Source: Trichomonas gallinae
Lineage: Eukaryota
Direction of reading: 5' to 3'
DNA length: 27,085 nt
NCBI GenBank assembly: GCA_008369845.1
Contig: MRSU01010797.1
Location: 62,001-89,085, forward strand
This document shows, piece after piece, positions 1 through 10,491 of the stretch. A program made the translations under genes and the position numbers. The notes beneath the pieces are model-generated. The model was not told the origin of the DNA. It saw only the letters and a list, made by a program, of their open reading frames with translations, and ran no database searches. The stretch's first letter is position 1, and each line of letters opens with the position of its first letter.

Positions 1-1325
1 CTGTTTGACTTTGTGATAAGTTTCGAGCCACAGATAGCATAGATTTCAGCATCCTGAACGAAGAATGCTGAGCAATTTGAGATTTGTGGGAAATCAATTT
101 GTTTTTGATTAAATTCAGCAACATCGATCGAATATAACTGATTTTCTTTAAGTATAACGATTGTATCCTTGTTGAGCCAATCAGCGCATTCGACGTTTGT
201 GGCAGCTTTCCTTGCTGAAGAGTAAGGATTGTTTAAAGGCCAAAAAATCAAAGTTTTTTCTTCATCTCTTGTGAAAAAGTTGTCCGAAAACGGTGCAAAA
301 GCACTCTGAACTACTGGTGACCTGTGGAAGAGAAAAGAGTTCTTTTTGTCCGAATAAACGCTAATTCCGTTATATTTAACTGTAATTGCCTCAGTTCCCT
401 GATTTGTCTTGAAGGCTGATCTCAGACCCATAGCCACAATACCTGGCTGGTCTTGAAGATGGTTAAAAACGCTTTGCGCATTAGATGTAATAATTCTTCC
501 TTTAGAATCGATTTTGATCTTAATTTTTTGTGCTTCTTTTGTCAAAAAGACTATTTTTGAATGCCGTTCAGCGTGCGTGTGGAAATTGTAAAGAGCTGGC
601 GGTCTTACAAATCTGCCAGGAATAGGAACGGAAAGAATCGTTGAACACGAGTATTGCTTGTTGTATTCTTGATAGTAGATCCTCAGAGTTCCGTCTGATG
701 TAATAACCATGAATATCGGATCAGTTGGATGAAATTCGAATTGTGAAACGTTTTGAGTGAATTTGAATACTTGTGGTACGAATTTTTTCGATTGCAGTGA
801 GAATAGCATCAGTGATTTCGAGTAATTATGAGAAGCAAGCCGAGATCCATCATTAAAAAACTGACAAAATATAGATTTTGGGGCCAAACGTGTAGAAACT
901 TCTTCGAAATTCGATACATTGCCGATAAATAGGCCGTTTTTGTTGGAATAACAGATTAATTGCCTCGCCGCACACCAAGAAATGTCAGAGAGCGGGTATT
1001 TCAGCTGTATTGTCTTCGTGTTCTGCCATGCTGAGTCTTGGTAGTGCCAGAACATCGTGTAACCCTCTACATCGCAAGATACGATATGAAGTCCTTTACG
1101 CTCAAACGATAACGTGCAAATTTCATGCTGGTGACCTCTAAGAATCGCTTTCAGGTACTTAGCACCAACGAGAACGATGATTAGATTGCCAGAAGCATAA
1201 GCCATTATCATTCCAACGTGGGAGTTCGAAAAAGACACTGAGCGTGGATGTTCTGAGTTTATTGGATAGCTAAAAGACATCGCATCTGAAATCTTGAGAA
1301 CAGAGGGGAAAATACTCCCGCTCAT
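1..1325 (-). CDS. WD40-repeat protein, DmX-like/Rabconnectin-3alpha/Rav1-like N-terminus (3' end runs off the window)
   Basis: Not in the ORF track because it has no stop in the window. Manual translation from ATG 1325: MSGSIFPSVLKISDAMSFSYPINSEHPRSVSFSNSHVGMIMAYASGNLIIVLVGAKYLKAILRGHQHEICTLSF...IVSCDVEGYTMFW...FEFHPTDPIFMVITSDGTLRIY..., open to the window edge. WD40 GH..W repeats are present. AYASGxxIxxL resembles the recalled DMXL1/2 N-terminal motif. Confidence 0.8.
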   Translation of the reverse strand, partial: MSGSIFPSVLKISDAMSFSYPINSEHPRSVSFSNSHVGMIMAYASGNLIIVLVGAKYLKAILRGHQHEICTLSFERKGLHIVSCDVEGYTMFWHYQDSAWQNTKTIQLKYPLSDISWCAARQLICYSNKNGLFIGNVSNFEEVSTRLAPKSIFCQFFNDGSRLASHNYSKSLMLFSLQSKKFVPQVFKFTQNVSQFEFHPTDPIFMVITSDGTLRIYYQEYNKQYSCSTILSVPIPGRFVRPPALYNFHTHAERHSKIVFLTKEAQKIKIKIDSKGRIITSNAQSVFNHLQDQPGIVAMGLRSAFKTNQGTEAITVKYNGISVYSDKKNSFLFHRSPVVQSAFAPFSDNFFTRDEEKTLIFWPLNNPYSSARKAATNVECADWLNKDTIVILKENQLYSIDVAEFNQKQIDFPQISNCSAFFVQDAEIYAICGSKLITKSN

Positions 1326-1384
1326 GTTGATCTGACAAAAGTCGATGACGATAGGAAATTTTATTGATACAACAATCATCCGTC

Positions 1385-1467
1385 TGTCATGTAAATTATA
1401 TTTATGTCATGTAAATCATTGATAATTTTTGATATTTGTCATGTAAACTGCATTTATGACGTGTAAA
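1385..1467 (+). repeat. Array of four G(T/A)CRTGTAAA motifs
   Basis: Copies start at 1386, 1406, 1438 and 1458 (spacing 20, 32, 20), upstream of the WD40 gene. Confidence 0.8.
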
Positions 1468-1673
1468 TTATCAATTTTTGGTATTTATCGTATTGATTGG
1501 TAATTTTGATATCTTTCAAGCAAATTGTCAATATTATTGAGATTTGGGGACACTAAGCCTTCCTAGCGGTATCATTCAACATTAAGCTTTAGATATAATA
1601 TTTATATGAGTTACATTTTGATATTTGTTCGTGTCTAAACGCAATATGATTTTTTGTTTCAAAATTGAGTTTT

Positions 1674-1724
1674 TGTCATGTAAAATTGAATTATTGACGC
1701 GTAAATTAGTTTTTGACATGTAAA
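1674..1724 (+). repeat. Array of three G(T/A)CRYGTAAA motifs
   Basis: Copies at 1675, 1696 and 1715 (spacing 21, 19). Confidence 0.75.
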
Positions 1725-1942
1725 TATTATAATTTTTTGGTTCTAATAAATCACTGATAAAAAATTGCAACTAGATTCCCAAAACCAATAAATATATCAA
1801 TTTCAACAAATAGAATATTGTTATCTAGCACACCATAACTAATATCATTAAAAATATCCAAAAATTTTTTTTTTTGTTTCATTATGAGTTTGATATAACA
1901 TATGATTGAATACAGTCTTTTTACTTCATAAACAATAAATGA

Positions 1943-2926
1943 TTACACAGCAATTGCATCATCTGCATATGGATTATAATAAGGTTCTTCTTTTCTTCCA
2001 TATGCATAAATAACAGTTCCTTTTGGTTCTTCGTCTTTGTTATTCTTTGGTGTTTGTCTTGGTTCTTCTATATTATTATTAATTGTATTATTTCTTGGTT
2101 TGGGCTTTGGCTTTGGTTTAGTTTTATCGCTTTTCTTTGCTTTCATGATACATACAATCAAAATGATGATAATTATAAGTACAATAGCGCCTCCAGCACA
2201 TGATATTGCGATAATGATTGTTGTAGTATTATCTGAGCTTGAATTACTTGCATTCTGATTGCCATTATCATTGTTACCTGATTCACCTGGCTGTCCATTT
2301 GCTTTTCTGCTTGTTAATGATTTCATAAAAGAATCATGATCATCAAGCATGCTGATTGTGTTTTCGAGGCCATTTTCTGTTACATATACTGTGAAATCGC
2401 ATAAATTTCCTTCTTTAGACTCAATTCTCACTATTAAATTAATTTGATCTAAAAAAGATTGAGTATTTTGATGCATTGTTATATATGAGTCATCAACCTG
2501 GTTGTTATTGTAGATTTTGATGTTATCGCTGTCTAACGAGTCAATTGAAAGAGTGATATTTGATTTTCTCGTATTAGCAATGATCATGCAATACGAATTC
2601 TCTGGCATAATATCATATCTTGTTTTGACTTCATCAACAATGAAATATGCAAAATTACAGTACTGATAGCCAAGAATCGTATATTTTAATTTTATGTTTG
2701 AGTGTATAGCTTTTAGAATGATATTTTTGCAGTCAATATAGATTGTTTCTGGTGTTTTCCCATTTTTCTCTTTGAAATCTAGTGGATTATGGATGATTAT
2801 TGCAACATGATCATTTGTTGATTTAGGAATATCAAGTGTGTCGTAGATTTCTGATGATATTTCGATACTATTATATCCATAGTTTAATGTTCTGCATGTG
2901 CCGAAAGTCACTATTAAGCTTAACAT
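1943..2926 (-). CDS. Hypothetical type I single-pass surface membrane protein
   Basis: 327 aa. Short hydrophobic N-terminus (MLSLIVTF), N/S/G-rich stalk, TM IIIAISCAGGAIVLIIIIILIVCI, basic stop-transfer KAKKSDKTKPKPKPKP, tail ending EEPYYNPYADDAIAV. Confidence 0.85.
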   Translation of the reverse strand: MLSLIVTFGTCRTLNYGYNSIEISSEIYDTLDIPKSTNDHVAIIIHNPLDFKEKNGKTPETIYIDCKNIILKAIHSNIKLKYTILGYQYCNFAYFIVDEVKTRYDIMPENSYCMIIANTRKSNITLSIDSLDSDNIKIYNNNQVDDSYITMHQNTQSFLDQINLIVRIESKEGNLCDFTVYVTENGLENTISMLDDHDSFMKSLTSRKANGQPGESGNNDNGNQNASNSSSDNTTTIIIAISCAGGAIVLIIIIILIVCIMKAKKSDKTKPKPKPKPRNNTINNNIEEPRQTPKNNKDEEPKGTVIYAYGRKEEPYYNPYADDAIAV

Positions 2927-3555
2927 TAGAAATTTTGATTCTTTTATGAAACGATTCTCAAAAAATTTCCTTTCAACCTTACGTTAACCTTTTAGTGCTG
3001 AAAAAGCTCTTTATATCAGTCAATCATCATGCACATTATCTTTTTACAATGTGATTTTTCAATGTATCACAAATTGGATGAAACCTTATCAAATTTTTGT
3101 GAAGGGGAAAACATGGGTTTTGGCACCTTTTTACCCACTTTCACAATCCAGATTTTTCACTACCACCATAAGATTTCCGTACAAACTCTTTGCTATAGGA
3201 AATATATTTGCATCCAATTGTATAAAATAAAAATTTACAATAACAAAACTTTGATTGATTAAATCTCAAATAAGAATCTTTGCATCTAATGTAATTTATA
3301 CTTATATAATAAAAAAAATAATATTACAAGCCTGATGCAGTGTAAATTAACTAGTGTATGAGTATAAGATTGCCTAGGATATATGTATGTGTGTAGTTAA
3401 TGATCAAATTGTCATGAATGATTTGGTTAATTTTAAAGTATTTATCATAATAATGCATCTGAAAACATATTGACAGAAAATAATATGTATCTATTGAAAC
3501 GTGTGTAATAAGTAAAATACTAACATTTTAATATAAACAACAAATAAATAATATT

Positions 3556-5880
3556 CTAAAATAGATTTGCCGCATCCTTTGGATATTCTATGTTTTGCTT
3601 GGTGAATTCTGTTCTCATTTCCTCGAAAATCGACAGTTCAGCTATTGTTGGAATTGCGTATTTCCTCCATTTTTCGTTCTCAAACAACTTCTTGATGAAA
3701 GGGATAACTCCAATGAATCCTCGGAAGAATCCACAACGAGCTATTTTGTCTGTTATCGATAATGCTGAAATAATTGCTTCAGCGCCATTCTGGAAAGCAA
3801 TCGCAAAGTATCTCACCAAGAAATCATTCCCCAACGAGTTCAAAAGGTTGTCAGTGACTTTCAACTTCATGAATATCGGATAAACATATTTAAACAGCGT
3901 CGTTGATACAGCCAATAGTAATGGATGAGAAACGTCAACAGGTAAGTATGCTCTTGCTTGTTCATGCTGCATGACACTCATCAACAGCCCCAGTGTTCCT
4001 TCTAAGTTAGGAAGATCTTCAAGAAGCCATGACTTGCCAAGCTTCGCAAGCCTTATTGCGATTGACTCATTGGAAGCACTTTGACATAAGCAAAGAGTTG
4101 CAAACTTTGACTTTTTGGCTGCATTAATTAAAGCTGTCAAAGAAGAATCCTGTAGATCCTGCTCTGTCTGTACTATTGCAAACAAAGTCTTATCAAGGAG
4201 TTTCTCGTTTTGCAATAAACTTGATAATATGTCTGCAGGAATGTTGATCTTCAGTGACCGAGAATTAAGTAAAATATCTAAAGCGAATTCAGCTGTTTCG
4301 TCGTTTTTCTCTAAAACCATAACTATAGCTTTTTCAATATTCTTGAAATCAAGATCCTTAGATTGTTTCATCAAAGTAAAAATGAGCTGCAAGAGATGCT
4401 TGCTTGAGCCAGCTTTAATGAATCCCTCTGCATTCCTAAACATTATATAAATGGCTGAAATAAAAAGCTGATGAGTCTGTTGTATCTTTTTGTGGGATGT
4501 TAAAATATTCAGCAATCTCAAAACTTTTTCTGGAACTATTGGTATGTAAAACTCAAGGGAATTCATAATATCATATGTTACATTATTCGGAAAAATCGTA
4601 AATAAATTCAAAAATATTCCGAATAATGGTTCAACTATTTCTGCATCTTTGAATGTGAATTTTTGATATAACTCGCTGTTGACGAGTGATTTGAAGATTT
4701 TTGGATCTTGTGATATTATCTTTTCTATGCCTTTCAATATCAAAATCAGTTTTTGAGAGGGAATCTGTTGGTTGAAGATTTTCTTCATTGTCATGAAAAA
4801 TCTACCTGACATTTCTTGCGAGAAATGATTGATTATCTGGGTGAAAGAAGGTTCAAATGTTTTAGACTCAATGTTCATCAATGAGTTGAACTTCTGTGAG
4901 TCATCATTGCCGCTCCTTGAAACGAACTTGCGCTTGTCTTTGACTGAACAATGCGTCTGATATTCACCGCGCGTCATGAATAATGTTTGATTTTTCCTGA
5001 CAATGTCGTCGACTTTCGTCTGCTTTGAGCCTTCGAAATAAACAGTTCCGTTGCAGAAAGCTTTGTAGATCTGGTGGAATGACGGCCTTTGCTCTGGGTC
5101 TTGCGCCCAGCAAGCATTTATCAATGCTTTGAGTCCGGAAGGACAACGCGATGAAATTGGCGGCCTGCTGCCTTTTTCTACAACTTCGTACATGATTTGG
5201 GCCGCTGTTTTACCCTTAAAAGGCTGTGTGTTTGCTACCATCTCCCAGAGGAGCATTCCGTAAGCATAAACATCTACTTTAAATGAATATGGCTGTGAAG
5301 TGAAGAGTTCTGGCGCCATCCAGTGAGGAGTACCTATCTGCATTGTCATGATTGCATCTGTTTCAGATACTTCGCGTGATAATCCGAAATCAATAATTCT
5401 TGGAAGCTTATCATTGTCTAAAAGAATGTTTAATGATTTCAAATCGCGGTGTATGATGTTTAGTTTGTGAAGCCTCTCCATTCCACTTGCAATACACATT
5501 GCAATTATGGTTTTTTGAGTTCCATTTAATGGTTTTTCGGAATCTTTCCAGTGAAGGGCATCGTAAAGCGAACCTTTTTGGAGTAACTCTGTAACAATGA
5601 TAAATGGGCGATGTACTGAGAATCCAATGAAGTTTAAACAATATGGATGATTTAATTTTGTAAGAATTTCGATTTCTCTATAATAAAGATTGAATTCCTC
5701 GTTCTTGATTTCTTTGAATTTCAGCTTTTTAACTGCGCATTTCTGTCCTGTTGGAAGATAAGTTGCGGAAAAAACCTCGCTAAATCCTCCAGAGCCGATT
5801 GTGTCATGTAGTTCGAAGTCATCATACTCCACGAGGTATTCTTTGTAAATCTCCGCCATTTCTTCGACGGAGTCAATCAT
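3556..5880 (-). CDS. TKL-family protein kinase with C-terminal alpha-helical (ARM/HEAT-like) region
   Basis: GSGGFSEV, CAVKK, HRDLKSLN, DFG and GTPHWMAPE are all intact. The C-terminal ~450 aa are Leu-rich and helical. Inr-like TCATT at 5893-5897 on the minus strand. Confidence 0.93.
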   Translation of the reverse strand: MIDSVEEMAEIYKEYLVEYDDFELHDTIGSGGFSEVFSATYLPTGQKCAVKKLKFKEIKNEEFNLYYREIEILTKLNHPYCLNFIGFSVHRPFIIVTELLQKGSLYDALHWKDSEKPLNGTQKTIIAMCIASGMERLHKLNIIHRDLKSLNILLDNDKLPRIIDFGLSREVSETDAIMTMQIGTPHWMAPELFTSQPYSFKVDVYAYGMLLWEMVANTQPFKGKTAAQIMYEVVEKGSRPPISSRCPSGLKALINACWAQDPEQRPSFHQIYKAFCNGTVYFEGSKQTKVDDIVRKNQTLFMTRGEYQTHCSVKDKRKFVSRSGNDDSQKFNSLMNIESKTFEPSFTQIINHFSQEMSGRFFMTMKKIFNQQIPSQKLILILKGIEKIISQDPKIFKSLVNSELYQKFTFKDAEIVEPLFGIFLNLFTIFPNNVTYDIMNSLEFYIPIVPEKVLRLLNILTSHKKIQQTHQLFISAIYIMFRNAEGFIKAGSSKHLLQLIFTLMKQSKDLDFKNIEKAIVMVLEKNDETAEFALDILLNSRSLKINIPADILSSLLQNEKLLDKTLFAIVQTEQDLQDSSLTALINAAKKSKFATLCLCQSASNESIAIRLAKLGKSWLLEDLPNLEGTLGLLMSVMQHEQARAYLPVDVSHPLLLAVSTTLFKYVYPIFMKLKVTDNLLNSLGNDFLVRYFAIAFQNGAEAIISALSITDKIARCGFFRGFIGVIPFIKKLFENEKWRKYAIPTIAELSIFEEMRTEFTKQNIEYPKDAANLF

Positions 5881-6481
5881 CTGAAATTTAAAAATGATAA
5901 ATTTTATCTAAAATTATTGATTTAATCAAATATTTATAATTAAAATTTTCTATATCTGAAGTTTGAGACATGATACTCACTAGAAAAATTTCATGAAAAA
6001 AAAAACAAAATTAAGATCAATAGCATTTATAGCATTATTTGTGGCATTGATGTCTATTATATTTTAATGAAGAATATATTTATAAATGATTTTTTTAATA
6101 TATTATTTTTTTCAATTAAAACAAGAGATTTAGGATTAATACTTTGGGATTTCAATATTTTATCTATTATAGAGAAAAATATCTTTTAGCCAAGAATGTA
6201 TAAATGATTATACATCAAAATAAAAAATCAAAATTTGAAGATCATCAATATTACACAGAGTGCAAACATTGCCTAAAATATAATATTGAATTTCTAGTAG
6301 GTAAATGATAGACATTAGTTGTTTTCTATTTATTTCTGCTAAATCATATAACAACATTGATCATTTTACTGTATTAATCTAAATTTTAGCTATCAATCAA
6401 TTCAATGAAGTCAATTCTATCATATTCAATCGTGTAAAGATATTAATCTCGTTGAAAATTTTAAAAATTGAATTAAAAATT

Positions 6482-6665
6482 TTCGTCAAATTAACTGAAA
6501 ACATGAAAAATGGATTATTTATCTTATAAAGATATTAAAAAATATATTTTTAATATCAAAAAATAATTTTAAAAAAATTCGTCAAATCAATTGAAAATGT
6601 AAAAAAATGGATTATTTATCCTATAATGAGACTAAAAAATATATTTTTAAGATAAAAAATTGTTA
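6482..6665. repeat. Degenerate tandem duplication with ~96-bp period upstream of DnaJ
   Basis: ttcgtcaaat...aaaaatggattatttatc(t/c)tataa...aaaaaatatatttttaa occurs from 6482 and again from 6578. Confidence 0.8.
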
Positions 6666-6745
6666 CAAAATTTTGGCCGGCTATTTTTTGTTTGAAAAAA
6701 TTTTGATATTATAAGTGCTCGAACATGAAGCATCATTTTTAAATA

Positions 6746-7912
6746 ATGGCACGTGACTTCTACAACATACTCGGTGTATCAAGAGGAGCAACAGATGATG
6801 ATTTAAAGAAAGCATATCGCAAACTCGCAATGAAATGGCATCCTGATAAGAATCCAAACAACCAAGCGGAGGCTCAAGCCAAGTTCCAAGAAATCTCTGA
6901 AGCATATGATGTACTTTCTGACCCTGAGAAAAGAAAGATCTACGATCAATTCGGTGAAGAAGGATTGAAAGTTGGTGGAAATCCAAACGCTGGACCACAA
7001 TTCGATCAAAACAACTTCACAAGAGGTGGATCCGGTCCAAGAGCTCAGTATTACACATTCAACTCACAAGATGCAGAAAAAATCTTTAGACAGTTCTTCG
7101 GTCCAGGCGGTTTCGGCTTCGGATCGTTCGGCGCTGATGATGACATCTTTGGCCAAATGTTTGGCAACCCAAGACAACAACAACAACAATTTAGACAACA
7201 ACAACAGTTCAGACCTCCAAACAATGGCTTCCAGAATCCACAGTTTGAGCAGCAGACCTCTGCAGGAGTTGACCCAGGCTTCGCTGGCCAGGCGCATTTC
7301 GTAGGCGGAAGTGGCCCAGATCCAAGATACTTCGAAAACATTAGAATCAGCAAAGCGGAAGACGCAGCGAACGGAAAACAGAAGAAGCAGCAGCCACCAA
7401 TGAGAGTCGAAGTCAACTGCACGCTCGAGCAGCTATATACCGGCTGCACGAAGAAGATGAAAGTAACAAGAGTCATAAACGGCTACGATAATCCAAAGAT
7501 ATTCCAGATCGACGTCAAGCCTGGCTGGAAGGAAGGAACAAAGATCACATTTGACGGAGAAGGTGATGTTAAGCCAGGCTACAAGCCGCAGGACTTGATA
7601 TTCATGATCAGAGAAGCCCCACATCAGCTCTTCAAGCGCGAGGCAGATGATTTGGTCTACGAGCCAACAATTTCTCTTAAAGAAGCACTCGCGGGCTACA
7701 AAGTTGACATCACAGGAATCGATGGAAAGCCAATACACCTTGACTACAGCGAGCAGGTCATCCAGCCTGGTGATGTTAAGAGAGTGTCTGGATTAGGCAT
7801 GCCTAAGAAAGCTGGCGGAAGAGGTGATTTAGTTATCAGGTTCAAAGTCGAATTCCCAAGATATCTCTCAAGAGAACAGAAAGATGCAATGGTAAGATAT
7901 CTTCCAAACTAA
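6746..7912 (+). CDS. Class II (DNAJB/Sis1-like) Hsp40 co-chaperone
   Basis: J-domain with KWHPDKN, a G/F-rich region, no CxxCxGxG zinc finger, and C-terminal peptide-binding domain motifs ([29 protein letters not shown]). Inr TCATT at 6733-6737. Confidence 0.95.
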   Translation: MARDFYNILGVSRGATDDDLKKAYRKLAMKWHPDKNPNNQAEAQAKFQEISEAYDVLSDPEKRKIYDQFGEEGLKVGGNPNAGPQFDQNNFTRGGSGPRAQYYTFNSQDAEKIFRQFFGPGGFGFGSFGADDDIFGQMFGNPRQQQQQFRQQQQFRPPNNGFQNPQFEQQTSAGVDPGFAGQAHFVGGSGPDPRYFENIRISKAEDAANGKQKKQQPPMRVEVNCTLEQLYTGCTKKMKVTRVINGYDNPKIFQIDVKPGWKEGTKITFDGEGDVKPGYKPQDLIFMIREAPHQLFKREADDLVYEPTISLKEALAGYKVDITGIDGKPIHLDYSEQVIQPGDVKRVSGLGMPKKAGGRGDLVIRFKVEFPRYLSREQKDAMVRYLPN

Positions 7913-8252
7913 GGAAAAACTTTTTTTTAATGCGAGAAAAAAAAATTATGATCAATTTGAATAAAAATATTTCATTGTTTTATTAAATTTTGTCTATTTA
8001 TCTATTATAGAATTTATAGGAAAACTGTTCAATATTGAAGGGAAAAAAAATTACTTGTAACCCTATTGTTGGCAGATTTTAAAGAAGCATTTTGCAAATA
8101 AGTGTTTTTTGCTTAAGCAGCAACTTGCACTATCCCAGGATTATTTTTGCTTTTAGGATTTTGTCGCCAAACAAGAAAAATTCTTGTGTAATGAGATCCA
8201 TGGTTTTAAGTATATATCAATATCATGAATTAAAGCTCAAACAAATAGAAGT

Positions 8253-8891
8253 TTATTCAAAATAATGAATATGTTCGCGTTTTCTACGAATTTCCAGCGC
8301 CTTGTTATAATCTTCGCGATCCTGTCTCATTCTTTCTAATGTGTTAGTATATCTCTGATTAATGCGCATGTCACAAAAATCTTTATAATTTTGTAACTGC
8401 TCTTCACGCGTATTCTTCCATCTATATGTCATCTCTGTCTTTTTTGCGCGATCTAATCTATCTTGATCTGCAACTGGCGTATTTAAGAAGGACGTTTTGA
8501 ACATTTCTGGTTTTTTAGGGGCTAAACTTGTATTTTCGTCAGGATGATCTATCCATGTTGTATTGTAGCTGTATGGCGTATGCATGTGTCTGGTTGTTGC
8601 TGTTGGTGTTTTAGGTAATCTAGGTAAATCAACGATTGGACGCGTTGAATCGCTGAACATGTTGTCTCTGTTACGTGTGAGTTGGTCTATTCTGCTATCC
8701 AAATAAACCTGTGCATTTGTTTTTAATCTTGGTGAAGGATTTACACCGTATTGAAATCTACGAGTTGAAATCATTTGCTGATTTTGTGGTACGCTTTGTT
8801 CTATCGCTGGATCGAATGGTCCTCTCATGCCTGTGACCGCCGTCTGCGCACGAATGCGAGGCTCGCGCTTTGCATAAGGAAGATCTTGCAT
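8253..8891 (-). CDS. Hypothetical basic protein with C-terminal coiled coil (212 aa from ATG 8891)
   Basis: The ORF-track start at 8897 is not an ATG; the first ATG is at 8891 (MQDLPYAKREP). Coding-like composition. The stop lies within TAAA, the trichomonad polyadenylation signal. Confidence 0.75.
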   Translation of the reverse strand: MQDLPYAKREPRIRAQTAVTGMRGPFDPAIEQSVPQNQQMISTRRFQYGVNPSPRLKTNAQVYLDSRIDQLTRNRDNMFSDSTRPIVDLPRLPKTPTATTRHMHTPYSYNTTWIDHPDENTSLAPKKPEMFKTSFLNTPVADQDRLDRAKKTEMTYRWKNTREEQLQNYKDFCDMRINQRYTNTLERMRQDREDYNKALEIRRKREHIHYFE

Positions 8892-8926
8892 TGTCAAATT
8901 TTCAAAACTAACGTATTTTCTTCATC

Positions 8927-8988
8927 TGACATGTAACAAGTTAATTTCGTCTTTCATGACATGTAAACTATACAATCTGACATGTAAT
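8927..8988 (+). repeat. Array of three TGACATGTAA motifs
   Basis: GACATGTAA copies at 8928, 8958 and 8979 (spacing 30, 21), directly upstream of the minus-strand ATG at 8891. Confidence 0.8.
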
Positions 8989-9011
8989 TCATCATTTTTT
9001 CCATCGAGCCA

Positions 9012-9247
9012 TCAATAACTACATCTTTTACACAAAAATACTGATTTTGTAGTATTCGCTTCAATGCTTGCGCCAAACTTGGCTTGATTTGTGATCAAAT
9101 CAACTTTGTTATTCATTGCAGCATAAAATAATGGAGTTTTACCATTTCGACGTTTGTAACTGTTTCAACTAACTTTGTGATGGTCTCAATTTTATTTTTC
9201 ATTGCAGCATCAAATATTGATGCTTTTGGCGTAGCTGCGTCAAAATC
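9012..9247 (-). pseudogene. Frameshifted ankyrin-repeat remnant
   Basis: Minus-strand translation DFDAATPKASIFDAAMKNKIETITKLVE, then a frame change to NGKTPLFYAAMNNKVDLITNQAKFGASIEA (canonical G-x-T-P-L-x-x-A-A ankyrin motif). In-frame TAG at 9248-9250. Confidence 0.75.
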
Positions 9248-9565
9248 CTATCCTTATCTCATGAAGAATCATACATATATATATATATGAGGATTTTTTC
9301 GAGATTTTAGAGAAGAAATAGCTTAGTGGAAAGGTTATCCATGAAAATATGCGAGTCACAGTTCAGGAGGAATTTTATTTTTCTCTTTTTATCTCTCTTC
9401 ATAGAAATATTTTTTAAAGGAAAAGTGACATCCTGGGATGTTTAAATTACTTGATCAGGTATCATTACTTATTACTTTTTTGTTTATTTCATTATAGAAC
9501 GTTTCTAACTCAATATATAATTTATAGGTATGTTTATTAATGCATTATAAACAACTTTTATACGA

Positions 9566-9612
9566 GTGGTGACAGGTTTTTGATGTGGTGACAGTCTTAT
9601 GATGTGGTGAAC
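9566..9612. repeat. 2.5 copies of a 19-bp unit GTGGTGACAGnnTTnTGAT
   Basis: GTGGTGA at 9566, 9585 and 9604, abutting the stop codon of the DUF3447 gene. Confidence 0.75.
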
Positions 9613-9615
9613 TTC

Positions 9616-10491
9616 TTAATGATATAAGTGTAAAATATCTTCAATAAGGTCTGGAATTTTGAAAGAAATACCACAACGCAAAAACTTGTCAAAAGTATTG
9701 GCATTTGACATCAGATAGAAAAATAATCGAATATCAAAATACATTGATACATATTCAATATCAATTTCAATTCCATATTTTTGCTCCAAAGAAACTGCCA
9801 AGTCGAAGTTGTGAATTCGAATGGCTTCTTTCATTGTCCATTTATCTGGTTTGCAGCGTTGAAGGCATTCATCGATAATTGTTTTGTTTCTTCCATCAAT
9901 ACTGTAATCAAGGCATTTTTTAGTGATTTCGACACCAACACTCTTCAAAAACTTAAAGCATTCAGCGGCTCCGCAGAAGCAGCAGTTTTCAATGAGAGAT
10001 TTGTTAAACATCAACTGGTAAAAGTCGAAAAATGGCTTCGAGTCGATGATTTCTTTGAATGATTTGATATCATCATGAATAATTGACTTCATGATTGGAT
10101 CTGATTCGTAATAATTAAGAATTTCATCAAATTTCAGTGTTTGAAAGTGTTTGTATTTGTTATTCCATTTTATGTTGATATAATACTTCTTGGCAAATAG
10201 TACATCAATAATATATAAATCATCGTAAAGTTTTGGCTTGATTTTGCTGAATTGATATAATTGATCGAAGATGTTCCAATATTCCCGAATGCAGCCGATA
10301 CTGATTTCACATAATTGTTTAATAACTGCATATATCAGTTGCCATTCGACTTTTTTTGCTTGGATTTTATCAATGAGATAAGAATAAACAGAATCAGAAT
10401 CATGTGACTTAATGTTGACAATACAATCAATGATGTTTTGATGATATCCATATTTATTCATCATGCTCTCATATAGACTAGTCGACATCAT
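9616..10491 (-). CDS. DUF3447/ankyrin-family protein, probably C-terminally truncated
   Basis: SIIHDDIKSF, SLIENCCFCGAAECFKFL, CLDYSIDGRNKTII and TMKEAIRIHN match the trichomonad-expanded DUF3447 family pattern. The ORF stops before the usual ankyrin tail. Confidence 0.85.
   Translation of the reverse strand: MMSTSLYESMMNKYGYHQNIIDCIVNIKSHDSDSVYSYLIDKIQAKKVEWQLIYAVIKQLCEISIGCIREYWNIFDQLYQFSKIKPKLYDDLYIIDVLFAKKYYINIKWNNKYKHFQTLKFDEILNYYESDPIMKSIIHDDIKSFKEIIDSKPFFDFYQLMFNKSLIENCCFCGAAECFKFLKSVGVEITKKCLDYSIDGRNKTIIDECLQRCKPDKWTMKEAIRIHNFDLAVSLEQKYGIEIDIEYVSMYFDIRLFFYLMSNANTFDKFLRCGISFKIPDLIEDILHLYH

Noticed and set aside
1582..1770. 62-aa ORF
   Set aside because: Non-ATG start, AT-rich, and runs through the motif array.
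2037..2258. Very hydrophobic 73-aa plus-strand ORF
   Set aside because: Antisense to the Lys/Asn-rich tail and TM of the surface protein.
6681..7738. Several overlapping or antisense ORFs, including a poly-Cys one
   Set aside because: Alternative-frame readings of DnaJ; the poly-C/L/N runs come from the CAA (Gln) repeat.
8253..8891. Flagellar microtubule-inner-protein identity
   Set aside because: The composition (basic, P/T-rich, coiled-coil end) is suggestive only, with no recognisable conserved motif.
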